From a virus (taxonomy: Duplodnaviria; Caudoviricetes): a stretch of DNA of 64,000 nt. The stretch is from the IMG/VR virus record IMGVR_UViG_3300029286_000011; one strand, given 5' to 3'. The notes beneath the pieces were generated by a model. The model was not told the origin of the DNA, searched no databases, and saw only the letters and a list, made by a program, of their open reading frames with translations. Below, one piece after another: positions 53,073 to 61,236 of this stretch (positions are counted from its first letter, which is position 1; the number at the start of each line of letters is the position of its first letter). A program made the position numbers and the translations under genes.

Positions 53073-54596
53073 TTACGCGACAACCTTATTTTGCAGGACT
53101 ACACATTCAAGTGTCAACGGTAATAGTTCTTCGGGCGTAGCCATACTGGCCAGGGCAGACAACTGATACAGGGCATACTGCTCTGCAATCTTCTGCGCCA
53201 ACTCTCCACATGCCCCTGATTTGATCAACGTACTTTTGGAGCGCAAACGTGTTTCTGCGTCCTTATACAAGGCAGCTCGTTGCGCACGATCTACGATTGA
53301 AGACAGCTCAAGCGAATGATCTCGGGTGAACTTATCAGCCCAGCTGCGCCGTTGTGCTGAGACCGGACCAACAGTAACGGCAAACGCACTTGAGGCAATC
53401 TTCGTGTAAACCACTGGATCCGAAGCCAGTCGGCCAAAAACACCAGGCAGTTCGTCTTCCGACAGCGATAAAAGCTGTGCTGTCTTTTCACGGTTATCTC
53501 CGGTTAACAACCGGACAAAATCGCGGAACGGCAAAAGTACTCTCCGGCTAGCCATGGCTGCTAGCTTCAAGTTTACCTCACCGGTATCCAGCGGTCCCAA
53601 TTCTCGAATCTCTATCGGGCGCTGCTTACTCTCAGCTAGACCCAGGGCAAGAGCCTTGTGTCGTTCCGTCGTGTTTCCTTCCATAGCCGTCTCAAGCTGC
53701 GCCAGTTTGTGCAGCAAGACAGCCTGCTTCTGCGATGCCTTCTGATCGTTAAGGCGCAGTATTGTTCCGTAGCCGTTCTGATTGGCGTATATCTCGGCCA
53801 GTTCGGCACCACCGATAACATGACCAGCGCTGGCTGCCTTTGTCATGTAGTCGGCTTTAGCACCCCAGGCACTAGGATCGGCAGGACGCCCGACCTTGGA
53901 TATATCGAACCATCCGGGATTGGGATTGTCCACAAATTGCTGCAGACCGTCCCATGCCAATTTGGTGAGTCCGTCACGGCAGCCAAACATACGTCGGCCA
54001 GTTTCCGGACTGATGCACGTATCTTCAGTGCAGTACTCACTTCGATTGGCTGCCTTGTTATGGCAGTTTTGGCAGACATCGTAGTCGATTGTAGTGGCCA
54101 TGCTCCACGGCAGGGCGTCACCACGGTTCAAGGCATGCAGGTCGTCGTCAGGCATCACAAGACCGCCGTTACGTTCGGCAGCTTCCTTGGTGCCATTGCC
54201 GACAACTAGCAGCTCAATCCTGCGCATTGGCTCGTTGTATGCGGATGCAGCAACCTTGCCATAGCTCTTGTCAGGATCTTTGTTTTTGTGATTTCGGTAG
54301 TAACGGGCCTTAGTAACAAAGCGACCATGATGCTCACGGCAATCAGCTTCCTTGAAGCCATCGCCATTGCGATTAGATCCAAAGCCCTCGGTGGCACAGA
54401 CAGCGATCAAATGTATAGGAATGTCGCCACGGGCAATCTTGACGTTCTCAAGTGCCTTCGTCAGGGCATGATCAGCGCGCTTTAAGAATACGGCGCGGTC
54501 ATGATTGGCAAGGCCACCGCTGGCCATCTTTACCAGTTGAGCGGGTTCTTCCGTCAACCTATCCCATGAGCCTACGCCTACAATTTTGTGCATCAT
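53073..54596 (-). CDS. Prohead maturation protease
   Basis: GSNRNGDGF, RNHKNKD (putative His), IELLV, WSM (putative Ser), DVCQNC...YC Zn-like insert. This is the pattern of large-phage prohead proteases; a C-terminal extension follows. Confidence 0.75.
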   Translation of the reverse strand: MMHKIVGVGSWDRLTEEPAQLVKMASGGLANHDRAVFLKRADHALTKALENVKIARGDIPIHLIAVCATEGFGSNRNGDGFKEADCREHHGRFVTKARYYRNHKNKDPDKSYGKVAASAYNEPMRRIELLVVGNGTKEAAERNGGLVMPDDDLHALNRGDALPWSMATTIDYDVCQNCHNKAANRSEYCTEDTCISPETGRRMFGCRDGLTKLAWDGLQQFVDNPNPGWFDISKVGRPADPSAWGAKADYMTKAASAGHVIGGAELAEIYANQNGYGTILRLNDQKASQKQAVLLHKLAQLETAMEGNTTERHKALALGLAESKQRPIEIRELGPLDTGEVNLKLAAMASRRVLLPFRDFVRLLTGDNREKTAQLLSLSEDELPGVFGRLASDPVVYTKIASSAFAVTVGPVSAQRRSWADKFTRDHSLELSSIVDRAQRAALYKDAETRLRSKSTLIKSGACGELAQKIAEQYALYQLSALASMATPEELLPLTLECVVLQNKVVA

Positions 54597-55828
54597 TTCG
54601 GTTGTACCTTATCCTTAAATCGCTGCGCAAAATTAGACGAACCGCCCCATATCGCCGGCAAAACGAGACCAAGCAAGCTGGGCAATTTCTTTACCATGCC
54701 GGCACGCCCGACCCTAGACAGGCCACGTACCTGGGAATTCGAAAGGGTCGGCATATATTTGTTGGGCAGTGAGGGATCGTGCTGATCGGCCACGGCAGAC
54801 AGCTGCGCCCTTAGTCGCGTAAACCACGAGGCATTCGTTAGTTCTTGCTTGAGCAATGCCTGAGCTTCGGTTGCCAGTCGTTGTTCTTCTACTAGCGACT
54901 TGATCCTATCATTAACGTGCTTCACGTTATCAGAGACAGTCTTACCCATACTGTGATAATCTGCCAAGATCTTAGGATCATTCACTTTGGCATCTTGCAG
55001 CTTCTTTATCAGGCCGTTGGTGTCCTTGTGCAGGGTCGAAAAAAGGCCTTCGTTTGTACTTGCTGCCGCTAGATCACTGGCAATTTCGGCAGACGACCGC
55101 AGGGGTATGCCTTCTGTAGGGTTAAACACGTCGAAACGATGTGTAGGCTGTGTTAACCAAGACTTGCCAAATTCAAAAGGCTTTTCGGCAGTACCTGTTA
55201 TAACATTTGAAATATTACTTGGGTTGAATCTGCGAATCATCTCGGCCAAACCAAACAAGCCTGCACCGATTGGCATTTTTCTAGCCACATCGCCCACCAA
55301 CGTAGGCTGTGCTTGTGCTGCCTCCTGGCTACGTCTAGTCAGCTCGTCAACCGCTGGATTGCCTGTGGTGGCATTTGGAGCCGCAGCAGGTGCAGCCGGT
55401 GTTACAGGTGCTGCTGGAGCTGCCGGGCCGCTAGAGGCAGCAGGAGCCGATGCTGACTCCTCAAGCTTCCTCTTGATAACCTCGTTCCAGTCCTTGCCTG
55501 TAGGCGTGCCAGGAAGCCCTTGGTAGGCCTTATACGCCAAACCAGCGCCACCACCAAGCAATCCACCGGACAGCGCCCCAGTCAGCATGGACTTGGGCAT
55601 ATTACGTTCTTCCTCGTCGCCCGCCAGGCCGGTGAGTCCACCAAGCAACGCCCCGCCACCAGCGCCCAGCAAAGCGCCGGCAATAGGCGTATGGTTTGTG
55701 GCAAACTCTTTGAGCTGTTCTATAGCATCAGCCTGCTTCTCTGCCCGTAAGGCTTGGGCCGTAGATGCAATAGCCGCCAACTTGCGTGCCGCGTCTTGAA
55801 CGCTGCCTTCAAACAAAGATTGAATCAT
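54593..55828 (-). CDS. Putative internal/ejected virion protein with glycine-zipper segment
   Basis: Likely start ATG 55828. GALLGAGGGALLGGLTG and GALSGGLLGGGAG glycine zippers after EKQA; Pro/Ala linker. Confidence 0.6.
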   Translation of the reverse strand: MIQSLFEGSVQDAARKLAAIASTAQALRAEKQADAIEQLKEFATNHTPIAGALLGAGGGALLGGLTGLAGDEEERNMPKSMLTGALSGGLLGGGAGLAYKAYQGLPGTPTGKDWNEVIKRKLEESASAPAASSGPAAPAAPVTPAAPAAAPNATTGNPAVDELTRRSQEAAQAQPTLVGDVARKMPIGAGLFGLAEMIRRFNPSNISNVITGTAEKPFEFGKSWLTQPTHRFDVFNPTEGIPLRSSAEIASDLAAASTNEGLFSTLHKDTNGLIKKLQDAKVNDPKILADYHSMGKTVSDNVKHVNDRIKSLVEEQRLATEAQALLKQELTNASWFTRLRAQLSAVADQHDPSLPNKYMPTLSNSQVRGLSRVGRAGMVKKLPSLLGLVLPAIWGGSSNFAQRFKDKVQPK

Positions 55829-57173
55829 CGTGCAGTACCTCGGCACCCTTGGTTCTATCTAGCCCGATGGCTTCCGTCTGCCGCATCGTTTTCTCGATGT
55901 TGGCAATCTGCTCAGCCTCAAACGGCGCGACAGCGCCTTGTGTCAGCCGCTGACGTAACAAAGGTCGCATAATAGCTGGCTGGCTCGATACGTGCTGGCC
56001 CAGCTGAGCGATCTCGTTGTAGGCCGACAACACTTCATCAGGCTCGTGGCTGCTGATAACTTCATCGTTGTCCAGAAAGTCCTGCAACATGGCTCGCGCA
56101 TAGATCTGGCGTATCTCATTCTGATCGCCAGGAGTCGCAAGCTCGTCTGCAATAGACGAAGACATTTCACCAGGAGTCTTATCAGCGCCAGTCTGTCGGC
56201 CCCAGTTAGCTACGCCCGCCGTCATACCGCCCATCAGAGCCGGAAAAAAGTTCGCTTCTTTCATCGTCGAAGAGTCCTGAAAGACAGACGAGCATATCTC
56301 GGCGTGTGATGGGCTCAACACAAAAGGGCGCAATTCGTCCTCCGCTACGTTGAACATAGCCATCTTGCAGTGTCGCTTTTCGGCTTCGGCCTTGTTGACG
56401 GCCTGGGCGCACTTGATCACATTGTGAATCAAGTTGTACGGCTCTTGTGTTTCAGCCACAGCAGTCAGCCTTGGCTTGAATGCAGCCTTACGCAACTCAA
56501 GATATTCGTTGCTCGCGTAGGCAATATCCATAGCTAGCTTGGCTGGAGGGCCAAACAACTGACAGGCATAGTATTCAACTTCCGGTGTCTGAAGCCGGGC
56601 TATAGACGACTTTCGGAAGTAGTCATTCATCTCTTTTACCGACTCTCGGAAGTTATCGGTAAACCTGGCGGCAACAGAGCTCGCGTATTCGTAAGCCTGC
56701 TTGGCCTTCGTAATGGCCTTCATCGGCTGCTTCTTTGCCGCCGGCTTCTTATTGGCGCAGGCTGCTTCCTTCTCAGTAAGCAACGACGGCAGCTTGGTTG
56801 ACCATACGCCTGTTGAAGACTCAGGCCACGGATCAGGCGGTCGATCATACTCATCGGACACAGACAGAGCCGGCTCAGCTGAGGCGATCTTTTCCGGGTA
56901 CAGTCTGGCCATGATGTTCTCGATACGAGCAATCGGGAACTCGGCCAATTTCTCAAGAACACCGGTGTTCTGTTCACGCTGATACGCAGACCGGCCGACG
57001 TTGAAGGATCGAACAAGCAGTGGAATGTACGTGGAAGGTAGCCTGTGATCGGTGGCCACCTTAACAATGGCGTCATCAGGCGACACACCGTCGTCTGTGA
57101 TAGACGCCATGCATTCTCGCACAGCTCCAACTAGCCGATCTTCAGCGGCCTTATCAAAGGGGGCAACCGCCAT
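55809..57173 (-). CDS. Putative internal head protein (K-x-A motifs)
   Basis: ATG 57173 with AAGGAG RBS; DKAA, EKIA, EKEA, MKEA. Confidence 0.6.
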   Translation of the reverse strand: MAVAPFDKAAEDRLVGAVRECMASITDDGVSPDDAIVKVATDHRLPSTYIPLLVRSFNVGRSAYQREQNTGVLEKLAEFPIARIENIMARLYPEKIASAEPALSVSDEYDRPPDPWPESSTGVWSTKLPSLLTEKEAACANKKPAAKKQPMKAITKAKQAYEYASSVAARFTDNFRESVKEMNDYFRKSSIARLQTPEVEYYACQLFGPPAKLAMDIAYASNEYLELRKAAFKPRLTAVAETQEPYNLIHNVIKCAQAVNKAEAEKRHCKMAMFNVAEDELRPFVLSPSHAEICSSVFQDSSTMKEANFFPALMGGMTAGVANWGRQTGADKTPGEMSSSIADELATPGDQNEIRQIYARAMLQDFLDNDEVISSHEPDEVLSAYNEIAQLGQHVSSQPAIMRPLLRQRLTQGAVAPFEAEQIANIEKTMRQTEAIGLDRTKGAEVLHDDSIFV

Positions 57174-57174
57174 G

Positions 57175-58125
57175 TCACGCTCCTTGCTTAACGAATATCT
57201 CGGCACCGGGCATCGGCTCTAGCGTAATAGTCTGATCATTACTGATCAGCAGCGTTTCTTCGGCCCGCAACTCAGCAGCCGTTTCGGCAAATGGCTGCAG
57301 CGACTTGATCTGATTCTTCAGCGCTTCCTGACCGATCAACCACGGCAATGTGGTTAGGGACGCATGAACATTGGCACCCAGGTTCTGCCGTTGTGTATCG
57401 ACGTGACCAATACGATCATCATAGGCCTGTTTGAGCCGCGCTGTAATGTCAAACAACTGCATCACATTCAGACGGTTCACCTGAAACACACGGGCGGCTA
57501 TAGTCGATTTCCTAAGGAGGTAACGTTCCCAACAACGAAACATCCAGTCGTGGACCTGATGCTGCGTTGTTGGGAGTCCTTCGTGTGTGCCGGCAAAAAT
57601 GATTGCGTCGAGTACAACAGGCCCGCCAAAATAGCCAAACAGCTTATACAGCATTCCAGCGTAAGCGACGTCACTTTCAGTCGGCGCTTGGTGAATGGCA
57701 AAGTCACGAAGCACCGTGGTGAAGATGTAGTCTTTGAACGGCAGCCTGTCTCTAACATTGAAATATAGCTTCTCATACCAGTCCACGGAGGCTAGCGGCA
57801 GGCCGCTGTAGCTGTAAATTGAGTAATCATCCTGACCAGCCAAGATACGGGCCTGTAACACCTCACGCTTCAGCACATCCGGCCCAAAATGCATGTTGTA
57901 TGCTAGGGCTATCGGAATGAAGCGACCCAGTACAGCGTCCTGTGCCTCAGCCGTAGCTGCGTCCCTGTACTGCTTGAGGAATCGGTTGTATTGCCGTATA
58001 GAATCGTCGTCGCCACGGCGAGAAGGATTACCACGAGGCGAACGCTCTACCAGCTGGGCAACACGCTGATGCCGCCAGGAAGGGTTGCGAAACGGGTTCA
58101 GTTGTTGGAATTCTGAAGTGAGCAT
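57175..58125 (-). CDS. Hypothetical protein
   Basis: 316 aa. Its ATG abuts palindrome copy 5. Confidence 0.65.
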   Translation of the reverse strand: MLTSEFQQLNPFRNPSWRHQRVAQLVERSPRGNPSRRGDDDSIRQYNRFLKQYRDAATAEAQDAVLGRFIPIALAYNMHFGPDVLKREVLQARILAGQDDYSIYSYSGLPLASVDWYEKLYFNVRDRLPFKDYIFTTVLRDFAIHQAPTESDVAYAGMLYKLFGYFGGPVVLDAIIFAGTHEGLPTTQHQVHDWMFRCWERYLLRKSTIAARVFQVNRLNVMQLFDITARLKQAYDDRIGHVDTQRQNLGANVHASLTTLPWLIGQEALKNQIKSLQPFAETAAELRAEETLLISNDQTITLEPMPGAEIFVKQGA

Positions 58126-58151
58126 AGATGTAATTAGCGCTAATTAAATCT
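58126..58151. repeat. Intergenic palindrome, copy 5 (one mismatch)
   Basis: AGATGTAATTAGCGCTAATTAAATCT, the exact reverse complement of copy 1. Fills the whole gap between the TAG (58150-58152) and the ATG (58123-58125). Confidence 0.95.
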
Positions 58152-58581
58152 ACATGCCAGATTCGGTAAGAATCGTGTATCCGATGTGGAATGTAGCGGC
58201 GCTAACAGACTCCAATTCGATGTAAAGGGCTCCGGTCTGCCGAATGGTTACCGGACTTCGTTCGTCCATGTTCTCGTAGGCCCTGTCCAGCCCAAGGTCG
58301 GTGACGACCGTAGCTCCAGCGGCGGCAACGCCGTTATGCACAACGTGCACGTCAGGGTGGTGCAGGCTGATGAGGTCATCCGGATTGTCACTATCTTCAG
58401 AAATAGACGAACAGGCGTCTTCTCTGTCGAAAATAGAGAACGTGAAACCCTCGGCCGTACCGTCAATCTGCTTAATAATGAAGCGGTTGATGACACCGCG
58501 AATCGGTGCGCGAACAGCGAAGCACGATTTGATACCGGCCTCTACCTCCACGCTTGTTACGTAGCTGATGGGCAGACCCAT
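58150..58581 (-). CDS. Hypothetical beta-rich protein
   Basis: 143 aa, operon packing. Confidence 0.6.
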   Translation of the reverse strand: MGLPISYVTSVEVEAGIKSCFAVRAPIRGVINRFIIKQIDGTAEGFTFSIFDREDACSSISEDSDNPDDLISLHHPDVHVVHNGVAAAGATVVTDLGLDRAYENMDERSPVTIRQTGALYIELESVSAATFHIGYTILTESGM

Positions 58582-58592
58582 GTGTCACCTTT

Positions 58593-61088
58593 CTATATCG
58601 AAGCAACGTCTTCAAGACTGGGTGCGGTCATCGAGCTGCCTAGCAGCGGCGATGCGTCCTTCTCTTGCAGATAAAGCGTGGTATCGCCAAGCGATTCGAA
58701 CGAGTTGCGCAAGGTATCTTCCAGCTCAGGCAGGTCTGCCTTGCCGTACTGATCCATGAACTCTTCGTTGTGCCAGTAGAACATGAAAAGGATACGGCCA
58801 AGCCTGTCCAACGCCTTGAGCAAGTCAGGGATGAACTTTTTGACCAACGAATCCTTATGCACAGCCTTTACAAGGCCGGAGATCATGGACGTATCCATAA
58901 CCTCTTTCTGGCCGGTCTGCGCTGCCTGCATAGCAGACTGCATAGCATACGGATCAGGTAGAGCTTCGGGGCTCTGGTCGTATACCGACGGATCTGTATT
59001 TCCGGCTGAGAAGGCATCTACCGGCAGCAATTCCTGCTGTGGCATGATCGACGGCGCATAGTTGCTGGCCTGACTTACGTCGTACACCGGCGCAGGAAAG
59101 GACGGGGCAACCATGCCAGGGTCTTGGGCGTACTTGATGAAGACCGTTGCAGACAGGCCATGAATGGCGGCCTTTTCTGCCTTGGCCATCAGCGCCCGTG
59201 CAGCCTTCTCACGCAAGCCGTGACGCCAGATCAGGTCAAACAACGTGGCTTTCTTCGTCTTGCGCACGCTGTCGTTAATGACGGCCTCAGAGCCCAGAAC
59301 GCTTACCCTGAGCATCGGGAAAAGAGACTTGGCAGCATCTTTGATAAGTGTGCTGCTTCCAAGCTCAAATCCAGATTTGTACTGCAGCTTCAGTTCAATG
59401 TCGGGCAAACCAGACAAGATGAACGGCGCATTCTTACTCTCCCACGAGCTGCCGTATGGACCTGACATCGAAGTGCCCGGTTCATGGTCTGCGCCAGACT
59501 TGGAGATGCGCAGAACCTTGGAGTCCTCTGGGACATACAACGTGTCTCCTAGAACCCTGAAGGACGACCCGCGATGCTCGTTGAATATAACGTGCTTACG
59601 GCCATAGGAGCATTCACCCACCGGGTAAGAACTGTCCATGGATTTGGGCGTCCATGACGGTTGAGGCTCGCCATAGTCCTGCCAATCAACAACGCATGTA
59701 TTGCCGTTCGGCTTGTCGTCGATACGGAACGGACAAGTAGCGTCACCATTCTTGGTTACGACTATATATCTGTGGTCGTAGCCTGCCGTGAGCTCGGCAG
59801 ACGACAGACCTTCGTACCATTTGCCAAAGTCCTTGTCGTCGTCCTTGGCAGCTTCTCCGGTGCGCACGAAAATGTTGTTACGGTGCGTGTTCTTCCAATC
59901 GCGTGGATCCAGCTGGACAACAACAGACAAAGGCTTGTGTCCGCCGGCAGCCATTGGCTGGGAGGCAACAAAGCAGCGCTTGAAGACGCCAGGCTGCATC
60001 AACACGTCGTACAATCCGGTCTTATCCGGGTTTGTAAGCTGTATCGGACTGGTGGTTTCGTAGGCGGTGGAAACTTCGTCAGCCGCACGCTTGTCCTGAA
60101 CGATATAGCCGTTGCGTACGATACGCTCACGGTCTGCATCGTTCAACCATTGCGGGCAGTAGTCTAGCGTTGACGAATCGTACGTCAGAATGCGCAGCTT
60201 AGTCTCGGCACTCTTCTGTCCGAAAATGCCTTCCAGCTCGTCGCTGTCAGGCAGATCGCCAAATACGCTATCATCGGCGGCAGACTTGTTATCGACGGCG
60301 TTAAGCAGCGTCTCCAGCGCTGTTTTAATGAGGTCAGGGCCGTAATGCGTGTCAAGCATATGCTTGACAGCTGGGTACTTTTTGTAGGCCGCATATGCCA
60401 GCTTGCAGAACTCAATGTCCTGAGCCAACACACACGGCAACGACAGCCGGTCATCCAAACCGGCATACTTAGCAAGTTTCCACGGGTCATCGACGGTCAG
60501 GCTGCCGTACACAGGCAGGAAGTCCAAAGACCAATCGCGGAAATGCTTCGGAAGTTCTTCTGAGAACTTACCAAACGGCGGCGTCGAAAGACGAGTGAGG
60601 TCCGGTTGGCGAACGCCAAGCTGCTGCGCAGACCTTGAATCGCCTTCACCAAGAATGTGCGGACGCTGCGCCAGAATGTAATTGATCCAGTTTTCCTTCA
60701 GCGGCACGAACTGGTCTTTGCCCTTGAGATACAACAGCTCGTGGCCCTTCATGTCGCCATTCATGAACATGACAGGCGCATAGGCCCACTGCTCACCGAT
60801 CTTGAATCCGAAGATACCAACAGCCTTGGTGGAATCTTCGTTACGATCAACAAGCTGGAAGCCTATAAGGAAGTCAAGCAGACGAGGGGCCTTATCACGA
60901 ATGTGCGTATAGGCCAGGCTTGCAAAGGCCTGCTCGAATGACTGTTCCTGATCTCCACCAAGCGATGCCGCCTTGGCCAGACCTGCGGCCACTGCGACTA
61001 ATGTCTCACGTTGACGCTTAGCTTCCGCAGCGAGCTTCACGTTACGAAAACGATAAGATAGCTGTCGGTTGAAAGCAGGGGCAACCAT
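58593..61088 (-). CDS. Large putative internal head protein (K-x-A motifs)
   Basis: About 831 aa from ATG 61088. KLAA, KAAS, KSAA, KSAE, KYAQ; globular N-terminal block; Pro/Gln-rich linker before a helical C-terminus. Confidence 0.6.
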   Translation of the reverse strand: MVAPAFNRQLSYRFRNVKLAAEAKRQRETLVAVAAGLAKAASLGGDQEQSFEQAFASLAYTHIRDKAPRLLDFLIGFQLVDRNEDSTKAVGIFGFKIGEQWAYAPVMFMNGDMKGHELLYLKGKDQFVPLKENWINYILAQRPHILGEGDSRSAQQLGVRQPDLTRLSTPPFGKFSEELPKHFRDWSLDFLPVYGSLTVDDPWKLAKYAGLDDRLSLPCVLAQDIEFCKLAYAAYKKYPAVKHMLDTHYGPDLIKTALETLLNAVDNKSAADDSVFGDLPDSDELEGIFGQKSAETKLRILTYDSSTLDYCPQWLNDADRERIVRNGYIVQDKRAADEVSTAYETTSPIQLTNPDKTGLYDVLMQPGVFKRCFVASQPMAAGGHKPLSVVVQLDPRDWKNTHRNNIFVRTGEAAKDDDKDFGKWYEGLSSAELTAGYDHRYIVVTKNGDATCPFRIDDKPNGNTCVVDWQDYGEPQPSWTPKSMDSSYPVGECSYGRKHVIFNEHRGSSFRVLGDTLYVPEDSKVLRISKSGADHEPGTSMSGPYGSSWESKNAPFILSGLPDIELKLQYKSGFELGSSTLIKDAAKSLFPMLRVSVLGSEAVINDSVRKTKKATLFDLIWRHGLREKAARALMAKAEKAAIHGLSATVFIKYAQDPGMVAPSFPAPVYDVSQASNYAPSIMPQQELLPVDAFSAGNTDPSVYDQSPEALPDPYAMQSAMQAAQTGQKEVMDTSMISGLVKAVHKDSLVKKFIPDLLKALDRLGRILFMFYWHNEEFMDQYGKADLPELEDTLRNSFESLGDTTLYLQEKDASPLLGSSMTAPSLEDVASI

Positions 61089-61236
61089 GGCGTCGTCCGT
61101 GAACAAAGGTGATGAAACGTCCGTGCTGTATTGCGCAGTGTACAGTTTACGGCTTCAGTTGTTCTGCAAGTGCTGTCCCGATCATGACTACGGAACAGCC
61201 CCTTACTAAAATTCTATTCGCTTTTCGACGAAGCTG

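Noticed and set aside
8818-58151. CRISPR array built from the palindrome
   Set aside because: Copies are 9-15 kb apart with whole genes between them; no spacers or cas genes.
58593-61088. Portal protein
   Set aside because: Size and position are plausible, but I recognise no portal motifs, and the K-x-A and low-complexity content fit an internal head protein better.
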